Assembly: GCA_026770705.1 (NCBI GenBank)
Contig: JANJGN010000838.1
Coordinates: 124,001-188,000 of the forward strand
Source: Isurus oxyrinchus
Lineage: Eukaryota
Direction of reading: 5' to 3'
Length of the DNA: 64,000 nucleotides
A program made the position numbers and the translations under genes. Shown here piece by piece: positions 37,885 to 48,564 of this stretch (position 1 is the first letter of the stretch; each line of letters begins with the position of its first letter). The notes beneath the pieces are model-generated. The model ran no database searches. It saw only the letters and a program-made list of their open reading frames with translations, and was not told where the DNA came from.

Positions 37885-40800
37885 TGATGTTGAAGTTTGC
37901 AGTAACTCACGTTCCACAGTGATGGTTATGAACCCCTCCACTGCTCCATGTTCATTCTCTGCCACACACTGATAGTCTCCAGTGTCCCTGGATGTAACGT
38001 GAGGAATCACCAACCACAGCTCATTGTTGGAACTTGTTCTGTTCATTGGGACATTAAGATGTCGCCACGTCAGGTTAGAAGCTGGGAAGCTCTCGACTGA
38101 GCAGATTATCACTGCAGAATTCCCCTCAATTATATTGATCGATGAAGCGTTAATCATATCAAGAGAATTAATTGAGAGATTCTGTGGTGCATCTAAAAAC
38201 AAATAAACATCAATTAACTTAAACTGACTGTGAAGCACTTTGAAAGACACTGAGAATGTGAAAGGTTTGATATCAATGCAGGTTCTTTCACCACAAAGCC
38301 CGTAATCCAGGCAGACAAATCAGTTCAGTATTGAGGGAGTGCTGCAATGACAGAGGGTCAGTACTGAGGGAGTGCTGCACTGTCAGTGTGTCAGTACTGA
38401 GGGAGTACTGCACTGTCAGAGGGTCAGTACTGAGGGAGTGCTGTAGTGTCAGACGGTCAGTACTGAGGGAGTGCTGCATTGTCAGTGTGTCAGTACTGAG
38501 GGAGTGCTGCACTGTCAGAGGGTCAGTACTGAGGGAGTGCTGCACTGTCAGTGGGTCAGTACTGAGGGAGTGCTGCACTGTCAGATGGTCAGTAAAGAGG
38601 GGGTGCTGCACTGTTTGAGGGTCAGAACTGAGGGGGTGCTGCACTCTCAGAGGGTCAGTACTGAGGGAGTGCTGCACTGCGAAGATTCAGTACTGAGGGG
38701 GTGCTGCACTGTCGAAGGGTCAGTAGTGAGGGAATGCTGCAGTGTTGGAGAGTCAGTATTCAGGGACTGCTGCAGTGTCAGAGGTGAATTTGTATCAATT
38801 AAAGACTATTGATTTGTTGCTAAACACAATGCAGTTGTGGGATCTTGCAGTGTACTATGTGGAGCTTTCTAGCTAATGTAGATGGAAGGGAGTCGGTACT
38901 TACCTTGCACAGTTAGTACGAGGGTCCGCTCCGATGAAACAGATGGATATCTCACTCTGCAGCTGAGAGTGTGTCCGTGGTGTTTGAGTGATGGGATCAG
39001 GGTCAGAACAGAAGTATAGGTCAGAGTGACACCATGCTGAGTTACAGTGTTTGAGACTGATCCAGGTACGTCAGTGGGAATGTCCCAGGTTAAGACAGGT
39101 GCTGCTGTTCCATTGCACGTTGTGTTGAAGGTGCAGCTTACATCCACACGCTTTCCTGCAATAATTTCAGCAGGGAATATTGTGGGTTTATCTGTGAAAT
39201 CTAACACACAGAGAATGGATCCTTTTAGAGAAATATAACGTGAAGCATCAGTTCAAATAGAAATCACAGTCCCACAAGAGAAAGCACTTTTACAAGGATG
39301 ATATCAGAACTGAGTTGTTTTAACTATCCTGATAGACTGTTAGACACGATTAGAGAGATCGATGGGAGTGGAATACATTTAATCATTGATATTAAAGTGA
39401 GTATTAAAGGTTACGTTAGGACTGAACTGGAAGCTATCACCAGGTTATTGAGAATCAGACAGTGTGTTATAATAAGCTGTGTTTTGTGTTAATATGTAAA
39501 CGTCACAGTTTGTGTTGTTTCCCATTGAGTGTTGAATGTGAATTGTTGAGTAATTATAACACAGCACTTACCAGAAATGTGAAGCTGGGTTGCAGGATAG
39601 TAGCTGTAACTATTCCTGCTGTCAAATTCTATTCTGAAATAATAAGGTCCTGCATCTTCCCGTCTGATGTTGTTTATAATCAGGGAACAGTCGCCATCTT
39701 TCAGGTCTCCAGACAGCCGGGTCCGATGGCGGAACCGTGGTAACTCATGATTGTGATCCTTGGAGTGAAAGGCTATAGACGATCTTCCCCGTTCCTCATT
39801 ATTAAACCAGACTCCACCTCGTTGTTGGTTTTCCAAATTTGAAGGATAACTGTAATGACACGGAATCTGTACACATGAACCTTTCTGTGCTGTCATCTCT
39901 CGTGGAGTGTCACCTTTCCACTCTTGTGACCATCCAACTGGGGAGAGAAATATCAATATTTAATTCTGGATGGTTTGTAGTTCCATTAGACTTGATATCC
40001 ACTCCCTCCATCATTGGGGCACAGTGGCTGCAGTGTGGACCATCTACAGCGCACACAAGGAACTCCCCAAGGTTTCACAATGGTTGGAAGAGAATCCTGG
40101 ACACAGGAGTGGACAAGTTCATTCTACATTGGCTCATGGTCCTCAGGACCCTGTTTAGTTTTTTCGAATTATTCATTCATGGGATTTATTACCCATCCCA
40201 TGTCCATCAGAGGCATTTAAGAGTCAACCACATTGCTTTGGGTTTGGAGTGACATGTAGGCCAGACTGGGTAAGGGTGGCAGATTTCCTTCCCTATAGGT
40301 GATCAGTGAACCAGGCTTTTTAATTCCATTCATCAGCTGTGATGGGATTCACACCCAGGGCCCCAGAGCATCACCCGGGGCCTCTGGAATACTAGCCCAG
40401 TGACAATACCTCTCTGCTACCGCTTCCCCTTAGTGAAGCCAGTCTTCCACTCAGAACTCCCCCCATTATCACCGTCATGAATCACTAATTAGCCTAACAT
40501 TCCTGTCTGCTCTTCAACACAGCTGATTGGCTAATCTGATTCAATCTGATTGGTGTTCATTCCCTCTTCAATGTTTAAGGAATCACCAATCACTCGCCCT
40601 CTAGTTATTCTCCTGCCCACAAGAGGGAACATTCTCTGTCTACCCAGTCAATCAAAACCTTTCATCTAAACCTAGTGGTACTTGAGTATATAGTCGGGAA
40701 TCCAGGGCAATGGAGCCTCAGGAGAAGAGATGGAAACCCTGTGAGGTGGAACGTCACTGAGGCCATCCGAGTTGAAGCAACTTTTGGAGAGAATTCCAAG

Positions 40801-43078
40801 GCAAGATCTTTGAAGTTGAAGATTGGAATCCCTCATGAGAGAAACAGAGTTTCAGTGAGATTGGTTGACTGACAGTGTTCACTGATGTCCGGGTGGGTTG
40901 TTGTGAAATCCATGGGCTCTATCTTGGTCGCGTTTACAATTTAATGAGTAATGTGGCTGTGAGACCACAGTTTGCCTGTTAATTCACATGAGCTCATATT
41001 AATCCAGAATGTTAGGGTATAAGGTGGATATTGTGAATTATTTTATCTTTCTGAGCTGGTGCAGTAAAGTTTATTTTTGTTTGTTTAAAAGCCATGGAAT
41101 CTTGTAGCTTTATTCTCTTCGCAAGCGTCTTAAATCTCAAACCTCGTCTACTTGAAACAAAATATTATTGGTTCCTAACTGTAAATTACGAAAAAAAATT
41201 GGGTGCCTGTTCCTCCATCAGCAACTCTTTAACCCTTTTATCCCTCCAAGTAATAAGATTTGTAAATGTATTCATTCATGGGATGTGGGCGTCGCTGCCA
41301 AGGCCAGCATTTGCTGCCCATCTCTAATGTCCCGTGACATAATCTCTGTAGCAGAGTAGAGACAATCATGATCACTCAGGATATTTGACATCTATCCACA
41401 TGAGCAGCTTTACCTTCCTTCTCTCTTTCAGTTATCTTACTCCCTTATTGAAGTTTCTAGCATGGTGAGAACTGGATGGTTTGCTCGGACATTTCAGAGG
41501 AACCACGTTGCTATGAGTCTGGAGTCACATGTAGGCCAGACCAGATATAGACGGCAGATTTCCTTCCCTAAAGGCCATTAGTGAACCAGATGGGTGTGTA
41601 TGACAATCAATGATAGTTTCATGGTCTCCATTACTGAGACTAACTCCCATTAGTGTAAACAGAGTGAACAGTTTTCCATTGATCCCACCTTTCCCGTTCT
41701 CTCCGGTATTTTACACACTATTGCTCGATAATTTGATTCTGCCAAGGACCCCTTGGAAAATTATGGACCCCAGTTAGACAACCAATGGAATAAGAAATCT
41801 CTTTGGATCCTCATTGTCTGAAGAATCTCTTTGTATCCTCATTGTCTAAGGGATTATTTCTGATCCAAACCCCATATTGTTGTATTGTTGATTCCGATGC
41901 AGCATTGTAGACTGACATGTCCCCAAGCTCAGCACTGACCCTACTCCAGCAGACACTGTGAAACACACTAACAAAGCGCCTCTAACCTGAGCTCTGCATG
42001 TGTCGGAGGTGCTGCTGTGGTGGGTTCATGACTTTCATAGATGCTGTTGTCATTTTTTTTGTTCAAACTGAACTGGGCCCCACATGAAGTGTTGATACCA
42101 AAAACCTTGTGTTACCTGTCCTTCTAAAACATCTGTGATTCAGCAGGATTCTGAAGTTTTGCTGACAAGGGTCTTAAATTGTCTGATTGTTGATTGATAC
42201 AACACAGGAGGAGCTCATGTGACCCATCGTGCATGTGCTGACTCTTTCCCAATTCCTCTCCAACACCTTTCACACATTCCTGCAAATTTCCCTTCAAGTA
42301 TTTATCCAGTTCCCCTTCTGAAAGTTCCTGTTGAATCTGCTTCCACCGCCCTTTCAGGCAGTGAGTCAATGGTCTCTCTCTGAGCTGCAAAGTGCTCAGA
42401 TTCTGTGAAATTTAAACTCTGCAGCAGATCAGAGACACTCATGATAACTCAGAATATTTGACACCTTTACACCCAGTCAGCTTTGCCTTTCTTCTCTCTT
42501 TCAGTTATCTGGCTCTCTTATTGAAGTATCTAGCATGGTGAGAATGGACAGGAAGTGTGACACTGAACAGTCTGTCTATTCTAGGAGCTGCTGTGTTGTC
42601 TTCATGTGCAATTTTGAATAAAGGCAGCAAAGGATACAAATTTCAGGTTATTGCTATCGGAGACCTCACATTAGGATAGACTTCATCCCCCAGTTTTTAT
42701 CCGTGCTTCTCTACTCAACCCATCACTCCCCATCGCTCACTGACCAACGTCTGACAGCACCTGGATTTTAAGATTCTGCCCTCGCTGCTACAAACCTGCC
42801 TATCCCTGTAAACTCCTCCAGCCCCTACAACCCTTCAAGACCACTGGTCTCCTCCAATTCTGCTGTCAGACAGGGAGTCAGTGGATATCAGTGAGCACAG
42901 GGGTGATATTTGAATGGGACTTGGTGTGAGTTTGTACACTGGATCACTGCTGAATCAGTTCCCTATCAGAGCTCAATAAGAATGATCTTTAACAAAGACT
43001 ATTAACCATAAATCTGTCCGAGCTGACGATGATATTACCTTGGAGAAGTGACAGGAGGAAGTAAGATTTCCCGATCAT
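25408..43078 (-). CDS. Siglec-family (CD22/sialoadhesin/CD33-related-like) inhibitory Ig-lectin receptor, 15 coding exons, ~1222 aa, 1 V-set + 10 C2-set domains, TM, ITIM tail
   Basis: Manually spliced exons 43078-43039, 39937-39572, 39200-38904, nine 282-nt exons, 27421-27325, 26630-26549, 25656-25408. All have AG/GT boundaries and compatible phases and total 3669 nt with no internal stop. V domain has Siglec hallmarks. Orthology to a named mammalian Siglec cannot be assigned by eye. Confidence 0.88.
25845..26335 (+). repeat. 33-bp minisatellite array; family also at 6775-7105, 18165-18520(-), 38325-38785(-), 47040-47320, 49975-50395, 52400-52680, 62700-62990(-)
   Basis: Unit cagtgcagcactccctcagtactgaccctctga. 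Confidence 0.95.
26549..26630 (-). CDS. Cytoplasmic exon 1 (KTKTAMEDRGSGTNYIALTLRSLSVKHQ)
   Basis: tattgcag acceptor, CAG|GTACAG donor, 82 nt. Phase 2 to 0 exactly bridges the TM and terminal exons. Conserved paralog at 48347-48428. Confidence 0.75.
27325..27421 (-). CDS. Transmembrane exon (RDSSKWTVGLFTAGIMLSVFLAGIFIFICVRK)
   Basis: tttttacag acceptor, AA|GTAAGT donor, phase 1 to 2. Uncharged ~24-aa hydrophobic stretch followed by basic residues. Not in the ORF track. Confidence 0.88.
28239..28305 (-). pseudogene. Truncated tenth Ig repeat exon (pseudo-exon)
   Basis: Only the 3' ~67 nt (DYQSVAENEHGAVEGFITITVE) and the donor remain. The F-strand Cys is TGT>AGT, and the 5' part and normal acceptor are deleted. 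Confidence 0.85.
29036..29317 (-). CDS. Tandem C2-set Ig exon R9
   Basis: 282 nt, intact. APRNLSINSLDMINASW variant. Confidence 0.9.
30077..30358 (-). CDS. Tandem C2-set Ig exon R8
   Basis: 282 nt, intact. APRNPSITSLDM variant, like R4. Confidence 0.9.
31349..31630 (-). CDS. Tandem C2-set Ig exon R7
   Basis: 282 nt, intact. Most divergent copy (QDVSITSLGM, ASW, GNP, VKS, NLM, VNRA). Confidence 0.88.
32411..32692 (-). CDS. Tandem C2-set Ig exon R6
   Basis: 282 nt, intact. APQSLSINSLDM variant. Confidence 0.9.
33441..33722 (-). CDS. Tandem C2-set Ig exon R5
   Basis: 282 nt, intact. APQDVSITSLGM variant. Confidence 0.9.
34526..34807 (-). CDS. Tandem C2-set Ig exon R4
   Basis: 282 nt, intact. 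APRNPSITSLDM variant. Confidence 0.9.
36005..36286 (-). CDS. Tandem C2-set Ig exon R3
   Basis: 282 nt, intact. APQNLSFTSLDMINAST variant. Confidence 0.9.
36936..37217 (-). CDS. Tandem C2-set Ig exon R2
   Basis: 282 nt, intact splice sites and both Cys. GPQNLSITYLDM variant. Confidence 0.9.
37911..38192 (-). CDS. Tandem C2-set Ig exon R1
   Basis: 282 nt, tttag|AT ... GAAC|GTGAGT. APQNLSINSLDM..IICSVESFPASNLTW..DTGDYQCVAENEHG..ITITVE. Confidence 0.9.
38904..39200 (-). CDS. Unique C2-set Ig domain 2 exon
   Basis: DFTDKPTIFPAEIIAGKRVDVSCTFNTTCNGTAAPVLTW...SVLTLIPSLKHHGHTLSCRV..LVLTVQ. Has the extra Cys typical of Siglec domain 2. Phase 1/1, 297 nt, donor G|GTAAGT. Confidence 0.92.
39572..39937 (-). 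CDS. V-set sialic-acid-binding Ig domain exon
   Basis: QEWKGDTP..GSCVQIPCHYSYP..GVWF..RTRLSGDLKDGDCSLIINNIRREDAGPYYFRIEF..YSY. Shows the N-terminal Trp, CVxIPC pair, E-strand Cys and F-strand YxFRxE Arg typical of Siglecs. Acceptor tctccccag, donor G|GTAAGT. Confidence 0.93.
43039..43078 (-). CDS. Signal-peptide exon of main Siglec gene (MIGKSYFLLSLLQ|V)
   Basis: ATG at 43078, hydrophobic core, donor CAAG|GTAAT phase 1. Joins the V exon to give MIGKSYFLLSLLQVGWS-QEW. Acceptor ctttctctttcag puts the exon start at 43120. Confidence 0.8.
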
Positions 43079-43511
43079 TGTCCACTCCCAGATATTTCCT
43101 CAGCTTCTAGCTCTGAAGTTCTGAAAGAGAAAGGAGTTAATGAGACTTCACCTCTTGTCCGAATGCTCTTGAGAGATCAGAACTGCTTTTAGACAATATC
43201 TTCACAGACAAATTTGATTCTCTGTGGGATGATAGGTGCTCTACAGAGAGTTACAAGGCTTTCAGAAAGAAAAACAATGAAGGACTTGCATTTCTATAGC
43301 ACCTTTCACCACCTCAGGATGTCCCCAAGCTCATGTCCCTTGAGCTAGAAAGATGTTCTGTACAACAGACTTGAGTCTCACACCCAGATCTCAATAATCA
43401 GTAGAAATCTTTCAAAGGCATCAATCATTGGAATCTGTCTTTATAAAGTCACAACATCAACAAAGGACGGTGTTGGTGGTGGAAGTGAATTCCAATCGTT
43501 CCGTTACTTAC

Positions 43512-43660
43512 CCAGGACCTGTCCGACTGCTCGCCTGGGGAGGAACTGCCCACACGCTCTGCTTGGGCTGAATGACCTCTTCCTGTGCTGCTCCCTCTGT
43601 GTATTTAATTAGAAAGGGTTGATGTGTCACTGTGAGACAAAATGAGGAAGTTGGAACAAA
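43512..43660 (-). promoter_or_regulatory. Putative 5' non-coding exon and proximal promoter of main gene
   Basis: Minus-strand donor CTGG|GTAAGT at 43512/43511, AT-rich TAAATA-like box near 43602-43610, PU.1/Spi-type GAGGAAGT at 43644-43651. Confidence 0.4.
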
Positions 43661-44169
43661 GTGAGTGAACAGCACTTTGCTGTGCACTGTCAGTAAACCC
43701 TGTGTCTGTATAAGAATATAAGAACAGAACAAGTAGGATCAGCTGGACACCCTGACATTTTCACTCCTTATATTCCATCCACTCATTTTTTTATCCACTC
43801 ACTGAAACTATTTATCTCCCTCTGCAGCCTCTTTGTGTCCTCCTCACAACTTGCTTTCCTGCTCAGCTTATATATTTCCTACCTATCTTCACCATACAGT
43901 CAGAAAATCTGTCTACAGTACAGTCAGTCCCTTCATCCAAGTCACTAATGTAGATTGTGAATAGTTGAGTCCTCAGCACTGATCCCTGTGGCTCTCCACT
44001 AGTTACAGTTTACCAAGCTGAAAATCACCCATTTATCCTGGCTCTCTGTTTCCTGTCAGTTAGCCAGTCCTCTATCCATATTAATATATCACCCCCAACA
44101 CCATCCAATTTCACCCTGTGCAGTATCCTTTGATGTGGCACCTTATTGAATGCCTTTTGGAAATGCAAT

Positions 44170-44910
44170 GTCATGAAGAGATATTTGTGTGTAAAATGTG
44201 CTTGGAAATTATTAATAAAATAGAATTCTAGTGGTGGTCCATGTATAGCTGTGTGTCTGGGTGTGTCTTAATTGGATTAAAGCCAGCTGGTCTGTGTGCT
44301 TTGATGTTTAGTAGTTTTGAGATGTTAATTAGGTGAATTGTGAGGAGAACAGTAAAGTGTTCATTTGCAATTGTTGAATAAACCATTCCAGACTGGGGGT
44401 AAAATCTTGCACCTAGTTAGAAGAAACCAAAAGATGTGTTTTTTTTTTGTATTTACTAATGAAATTGGTGCAATGAAAGGGGGTTTATTGTTCGAAGAGC
44501 TGGAGTTCAGAAGACCGAGTGATACAATGGAAAATTTACATTCAAAGGGAAAGCTAGCTATATAAAGGAAGGAGTTTGTGTGTGTGAGGCAGGAGCATTT
44601 CAGACCGAACCAGCCTGTAGCCTCCAACCAACTTGCAAAGGAACCTCATTCGGAATTCGTAATGTCAAATGTGCTTTGCCTGGTGTCTATATTATGTCAA
44701 TGGTTCATTGTTGTCTTAGTAGAGGTTTACGTGGGGTTGATTAATTGGGGGATTTGTTAAAAAGTAATTATAGTAGTTATTTGTAGCCAATGTGTATGTG
44801 TGAAATTAATAAATGGTTTATTTAGTTTTATACAAAAAAACCCTCAATCCTCGGTGGTCTTAGCTTCAGAACCAAGTTTCTAAACTGAATATTAAATTTC
44901 AACACCGTAT
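44170..44910 (+). mobile_element. Solo-LTR-like element of same family as 47454-48211
   Basis: Shared blocks (taattggattaaag, gatacaatg..atttacattcaaag, gcaaagga..ggaacctcatt..ggaatt). Confidence 0.55.
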
Positions 44911-45534
44911 GATTACTCTTCCCTTGAGGGTCCTTTACAATGAGATGTTAATTAGTCTTGTCTCATTAAACATTGCCAGGACTAAAACAGCCTCTTCCCT
45001 GGTTGGTTCCATGTTGGATTGTTCTAAAATACTGTCCTGAATACAATCTGTATAACCTCGCTGAAAGCTACATTTGCTAATCTGATTTGTCTAATCCATA
45101 TGACGATTGAAAACTCCCATGATTAATGTGGTGCCTTTCTCACAGACCTCCTCATGTATTGATTTACAATCTGTCCCTGCAGTGTAACCACTGTCAGGGG
45201 GGAGTATAAACCAAGCCATCAGAGATTTCTTTCCCTTGCAATTCCTTATGTTCACCCAAACTGACTGTGCATCTTGACATCTGAGCCAAAATCATTTCTC
45301 ACTACTTTACAGGTCTCATCTTTTATTAAGAGAGCTACCCCACCTCCTTTTCATTTTTCCTATCCTTTCAAAGATTCCAAATATCCTTCAATTTTCAATT
45401 TCCAACCTTGGTCACCTTGCAACCAACTCTCTGCAGTGTCCATCTTATCGTACCCATTAATCTCTATTTGTGCTATAACTTCATTCATTTTGTTCCAAAT
45501 TTATATTTTATATATTCATTCTTCCATGGGAAGT

Positions 45535-45770
45535 GGGCATCACTGGCTAGGCCAGCATTTATGGCCCATCCTTAATTACCTTGAGAAGGTGGTGGTGAGC
45601 TGCCTTCCTGAACCTCTGCACTCCATGTGGTGTAGGTACACCCACAATGCAGTTAGAGAAGGAAGTCCAAGATTTTGACCCTAGTGGCAGTGAAGGGACG
45701 GCGATATATTTCAAAATCAGGATGATGTGTGGCTTGGAGGCGAACTTCCAGGTGGTGGTGTCTGGGCATT
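45535..45770 (-). mobile_element. LINE 3' end fragment
   Basis: Same 3' terminus as 23165-23400 (GSKSW..VGVPTPHG..AAHHHLLK). Confidence 0.75.
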
Positions 45771-46649
45771 TCAATCCCTTGTGACAATAAATGTAATATT
45801 ATAGAAAATGCAAAGGCTTCTTGTAATCTATCACAGAATAAACAAGTTGCAGAATTCAGAAAGCACTTTCTGAAATGTCAACAAAGTTCAGTGACATCAC
45901 ATTTCTGCTAATTACTATTCGGCCATGTTGGCTGCACGCAGTCAGGCAGTCCCTCGGTTGTGATGTGTCCACACAGCAGTACTGGGATGCATCAGCATCA
46001 AAGGACATGCTTAGTTGTTGCCGTGCAATGCATTTATTGCGAGGCTGTTGCACACACGCCCTGTCGATGGACCCTCCGAATTACCATTCTGAATCGAGGC
46101 AAATCAACTTTCCTGCAACAACTTGCATTTATATGGCACACTTAATGTAACAAACTGTCCCCAATCTCTTCAGGGGATTGTTACCTACATATAAATCCAT
46201 CTCAGAGACACATAATGAGGTATTAGGGACAGGTGACAAAAAGCTGATTTCACAAAGCCAGTTAATNNNNNNNNNNNNNNNNNNNNNNNNNNNNNNNNNN
46301 NNNNNNNNNNNNNNNNNNNNNNNNNNNNNNNNNNNNNNNNNNNNNNNNNNNNNNNNNNNNNNNNNNNNNNNNNNNNNNNNNNNNNNNNNNNNNNNNNNNN
46401 NNNNNNNNNNNNNNNNNNNNNNNNNNNNNNNNNNNNNNNNNNNNNNNNNNACTGAATCTCTGTCCCCAATGACTCAGCATCAAGTCGTCACTGGGGAAAC
46501 ATTTCATTCCAAACCACACCAACCACAGACCCATTCAGTCCCTTCCTCCCTCTCTCCCCCTCTCCCCCAGTGGGTTGTCTCATGTTCCCAAGAATCTTCA
46601 TCCCTGCCACCATCCACAAACCTCCTGACCACCTCTGCCTTTTTCACGC

Positions 46650-46898
46650 TCAGTTTCGCTTGAATCTGATCTGTGAGTATTCCGTCTGCTCTTCCCTGTG
46701 GACAGACCCATCACCACTGGGCACCCTGAAGACTTGGGGATTGGCGTAGAGAAGCTCGTTGGGATTGTCAGAGTTCCCATGTCCAACATCGCCTCCCACT
46801 GCACATTCAGAGACACCCCGGGGAGCTGGGGTCTCCCCCTCGCTAGTTGTGTCTCTGGTTGTGTTCCGGGGCTCAGAAATCAGCACGTTCTGTTTACC
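46650..46898 (-). pseudogene. Orphan terminal cytoplasmic exon paralog (LLYANP, TEYSQI)
   Basis: 249-nt open copy of 25408-25656 with intact acceptor. ITIM +3 residue is Pro. Confidence 0.75.
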
Positions 46899-47453
46899 CT
46901 ACAGAGAAATGGAAACAGAAGGCATCCTCACATCATTTACTGGCACTGATAGGGTTAAAATATTCTGCAGCCTCGTTAGTGTCAGTCGTGGGTCAGTGGG
47001 TTTAACCCTCTCTCACATGTCTTATGAAAGAAAACACCTATGGCAGTGCAGTGCTCCCTCAGTACTGACCCTTCGATAGTGCAGCACTTCCTCAATGCTG
47101 ACCATCCAACAGTGCAGCACTCCCTCAGTACTGACCCTCCGACAGTGCAGCGCTCCCTCAGTACTGACCCTCCAGCAGTGCAGCACTCCCTCAGTACTGA
47201 CCCTCCGACAGTACAGGTCTTCCTCAGTACTGACCCTCTGACAGTGCAGCACTCCCTCAGTACTGACCCTCTGACAGTGCAGCACTCCCTCAGTACTGAC
47301 CCTCTGTCAGTCTTGCACTCCCTCGGTAATGGCTCTGGCGAGTGTCGGCTTGGATTCTGCACTCAGGTGCCTGGTGTGAGGCTCAATAACATGAATCTTG
47401 TAATCAGAGAGAGGATGAGAGAGAGAGAGAGAGATGAAGGGTCAGAGACTGAG

Positions 47454-48211
47454 CGTTATGAATCTATTAATGTATGTATTGTAATTGGAAATTGTCTTTT
47501 TAAACAGAGGTTTAGTCTGTGGGTGTGTGTGTGTGTGTTTTAATTGGATTAAAGACAGCCGGTCTGGGTACTTTTATGTATAGTAGTTTTGAGATGTAAA
47601 CAAAGAGGTAAAGAGGCATATTGCATTTTTAAAAGGAGGAGTCAAAGCCTGGGAGTGAATTCTTAAACCAATCAATGTTTATATTACTAATAAAATTGAT
47701 ACTATGAAACGGGATTTATAGTTAGAAGAGATGGAGATCAAAGGTCCTGATGATACAATGAGAATTTACATTCAAAGAGAAGCACTGGGTATAACTTGAG
47801 CAGTTTTGTGTGTGCAGAGCAGAGGCTTGTAACATCAAAGCAGCTGTAAGCCTACACCTGTCTGCAAAGGAACCAAAGTGAAAGGAACCTCATTTGGAAT
47901 TTCTGAGGTGAAAATGCTTCGCTTGGAATCTGCTTAAAGTCTATGGGTTGTCTTAGAGGACGTTAGTTTGGGAATTTGTTAAATAGTTATGATAATACTA
48001 GTTTGTAGCCATGTGCATATGATTAACTTGTGAAAATTAATAAATGTCTCATGTAGTTTGATATAAACCCATCTCAAGAACTGATGGTCTTATTCCTGAA
48101 TTTAGAGCTGCATCTCAAACATTCCACTGGGAAATATAGGTTATGACAGTTGTTTAAAGTTTCCCTCTGGGATTTTAAACAACAGCCTTTACCAGTTGCT
48201 GTGTCATAACA
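47454..48211 (+). mobile_element. Solo-LTR-like element
   Basis: Ends (c)gttatga...tcataaca form a short inverted repeat. Absent from the paralogous intron near 26405. Similar to 44170-44910. Confidence 0.65.
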
Positions 48212-48346
48212 GAGAGACAGCATGATACTGAACCATTGCTGACTCCACAGGTACAAATCAGTGGGTAACTGGGCTGGGAATCTGGGACATGTGTTGTCTA
48301 CACACTGAGATTGAAGCTTTGGAGTGAGTGTAAACAGCTCCTGTAC

Positions 48347-48428
48347 CTGGTGCTTCACAGAGAGTGGACTGGGAGTCAATACAATGTCACTGGTCCCTGA
48401 AACTCTCTCCTCCATCGCTGTCTTTCTC
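48347..48428 (-). pseudogene. Orphan cytoplasmic exon 1 paralog (RKTAMEERVSGTSDIVLTPSPLSVKHQ)
   Basis: 82-nt copy of 26549-26630 with intact splice sites. The Tyr of TNYIAL is lost, and no TM exon is visible upstream. Confidence 0.72.
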
Positions 48429-48564
48429 CTGTAATAACAAAATATCACACTGTGGTTATCATATAGCAGAGAGTCAGTGTAGCACAGACACAGAGCCCAC
48501 TGTAATCTTAGACCAACGACTGGGACTGTCTCTTTAAATCAGTTCTATACAAAGCACAGAATCA

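Noticed and set aside
29895-37910. His-Thr or Cys-Val rich extensions of the Ig ORFs
   Set aside because: Read-through past the GTGAGT donors into (CA)n microsatellites.
28239-38192. CACAGTG heptamer near the end of every Ig repeat exon, suggesting RAG recombination signals
   Set aside because: It is the reverse complement of the codons for I-T-V. No ACAAAAACC-like nonamer follows at 12 or 23 bp in the copies checked.
29073-38206. Repeated + strand ORFs (MFILCHTLIV.., MLELVLFIG..)
   Set aside because: Antisense shadows of the Ig exons.
25408-43078. Assigning the symbol CD22, SIGLEC1, MAG or CD33
   Set aside because: Domain count and tail match none exactly. Orthology needs a phylogeny and synteny.
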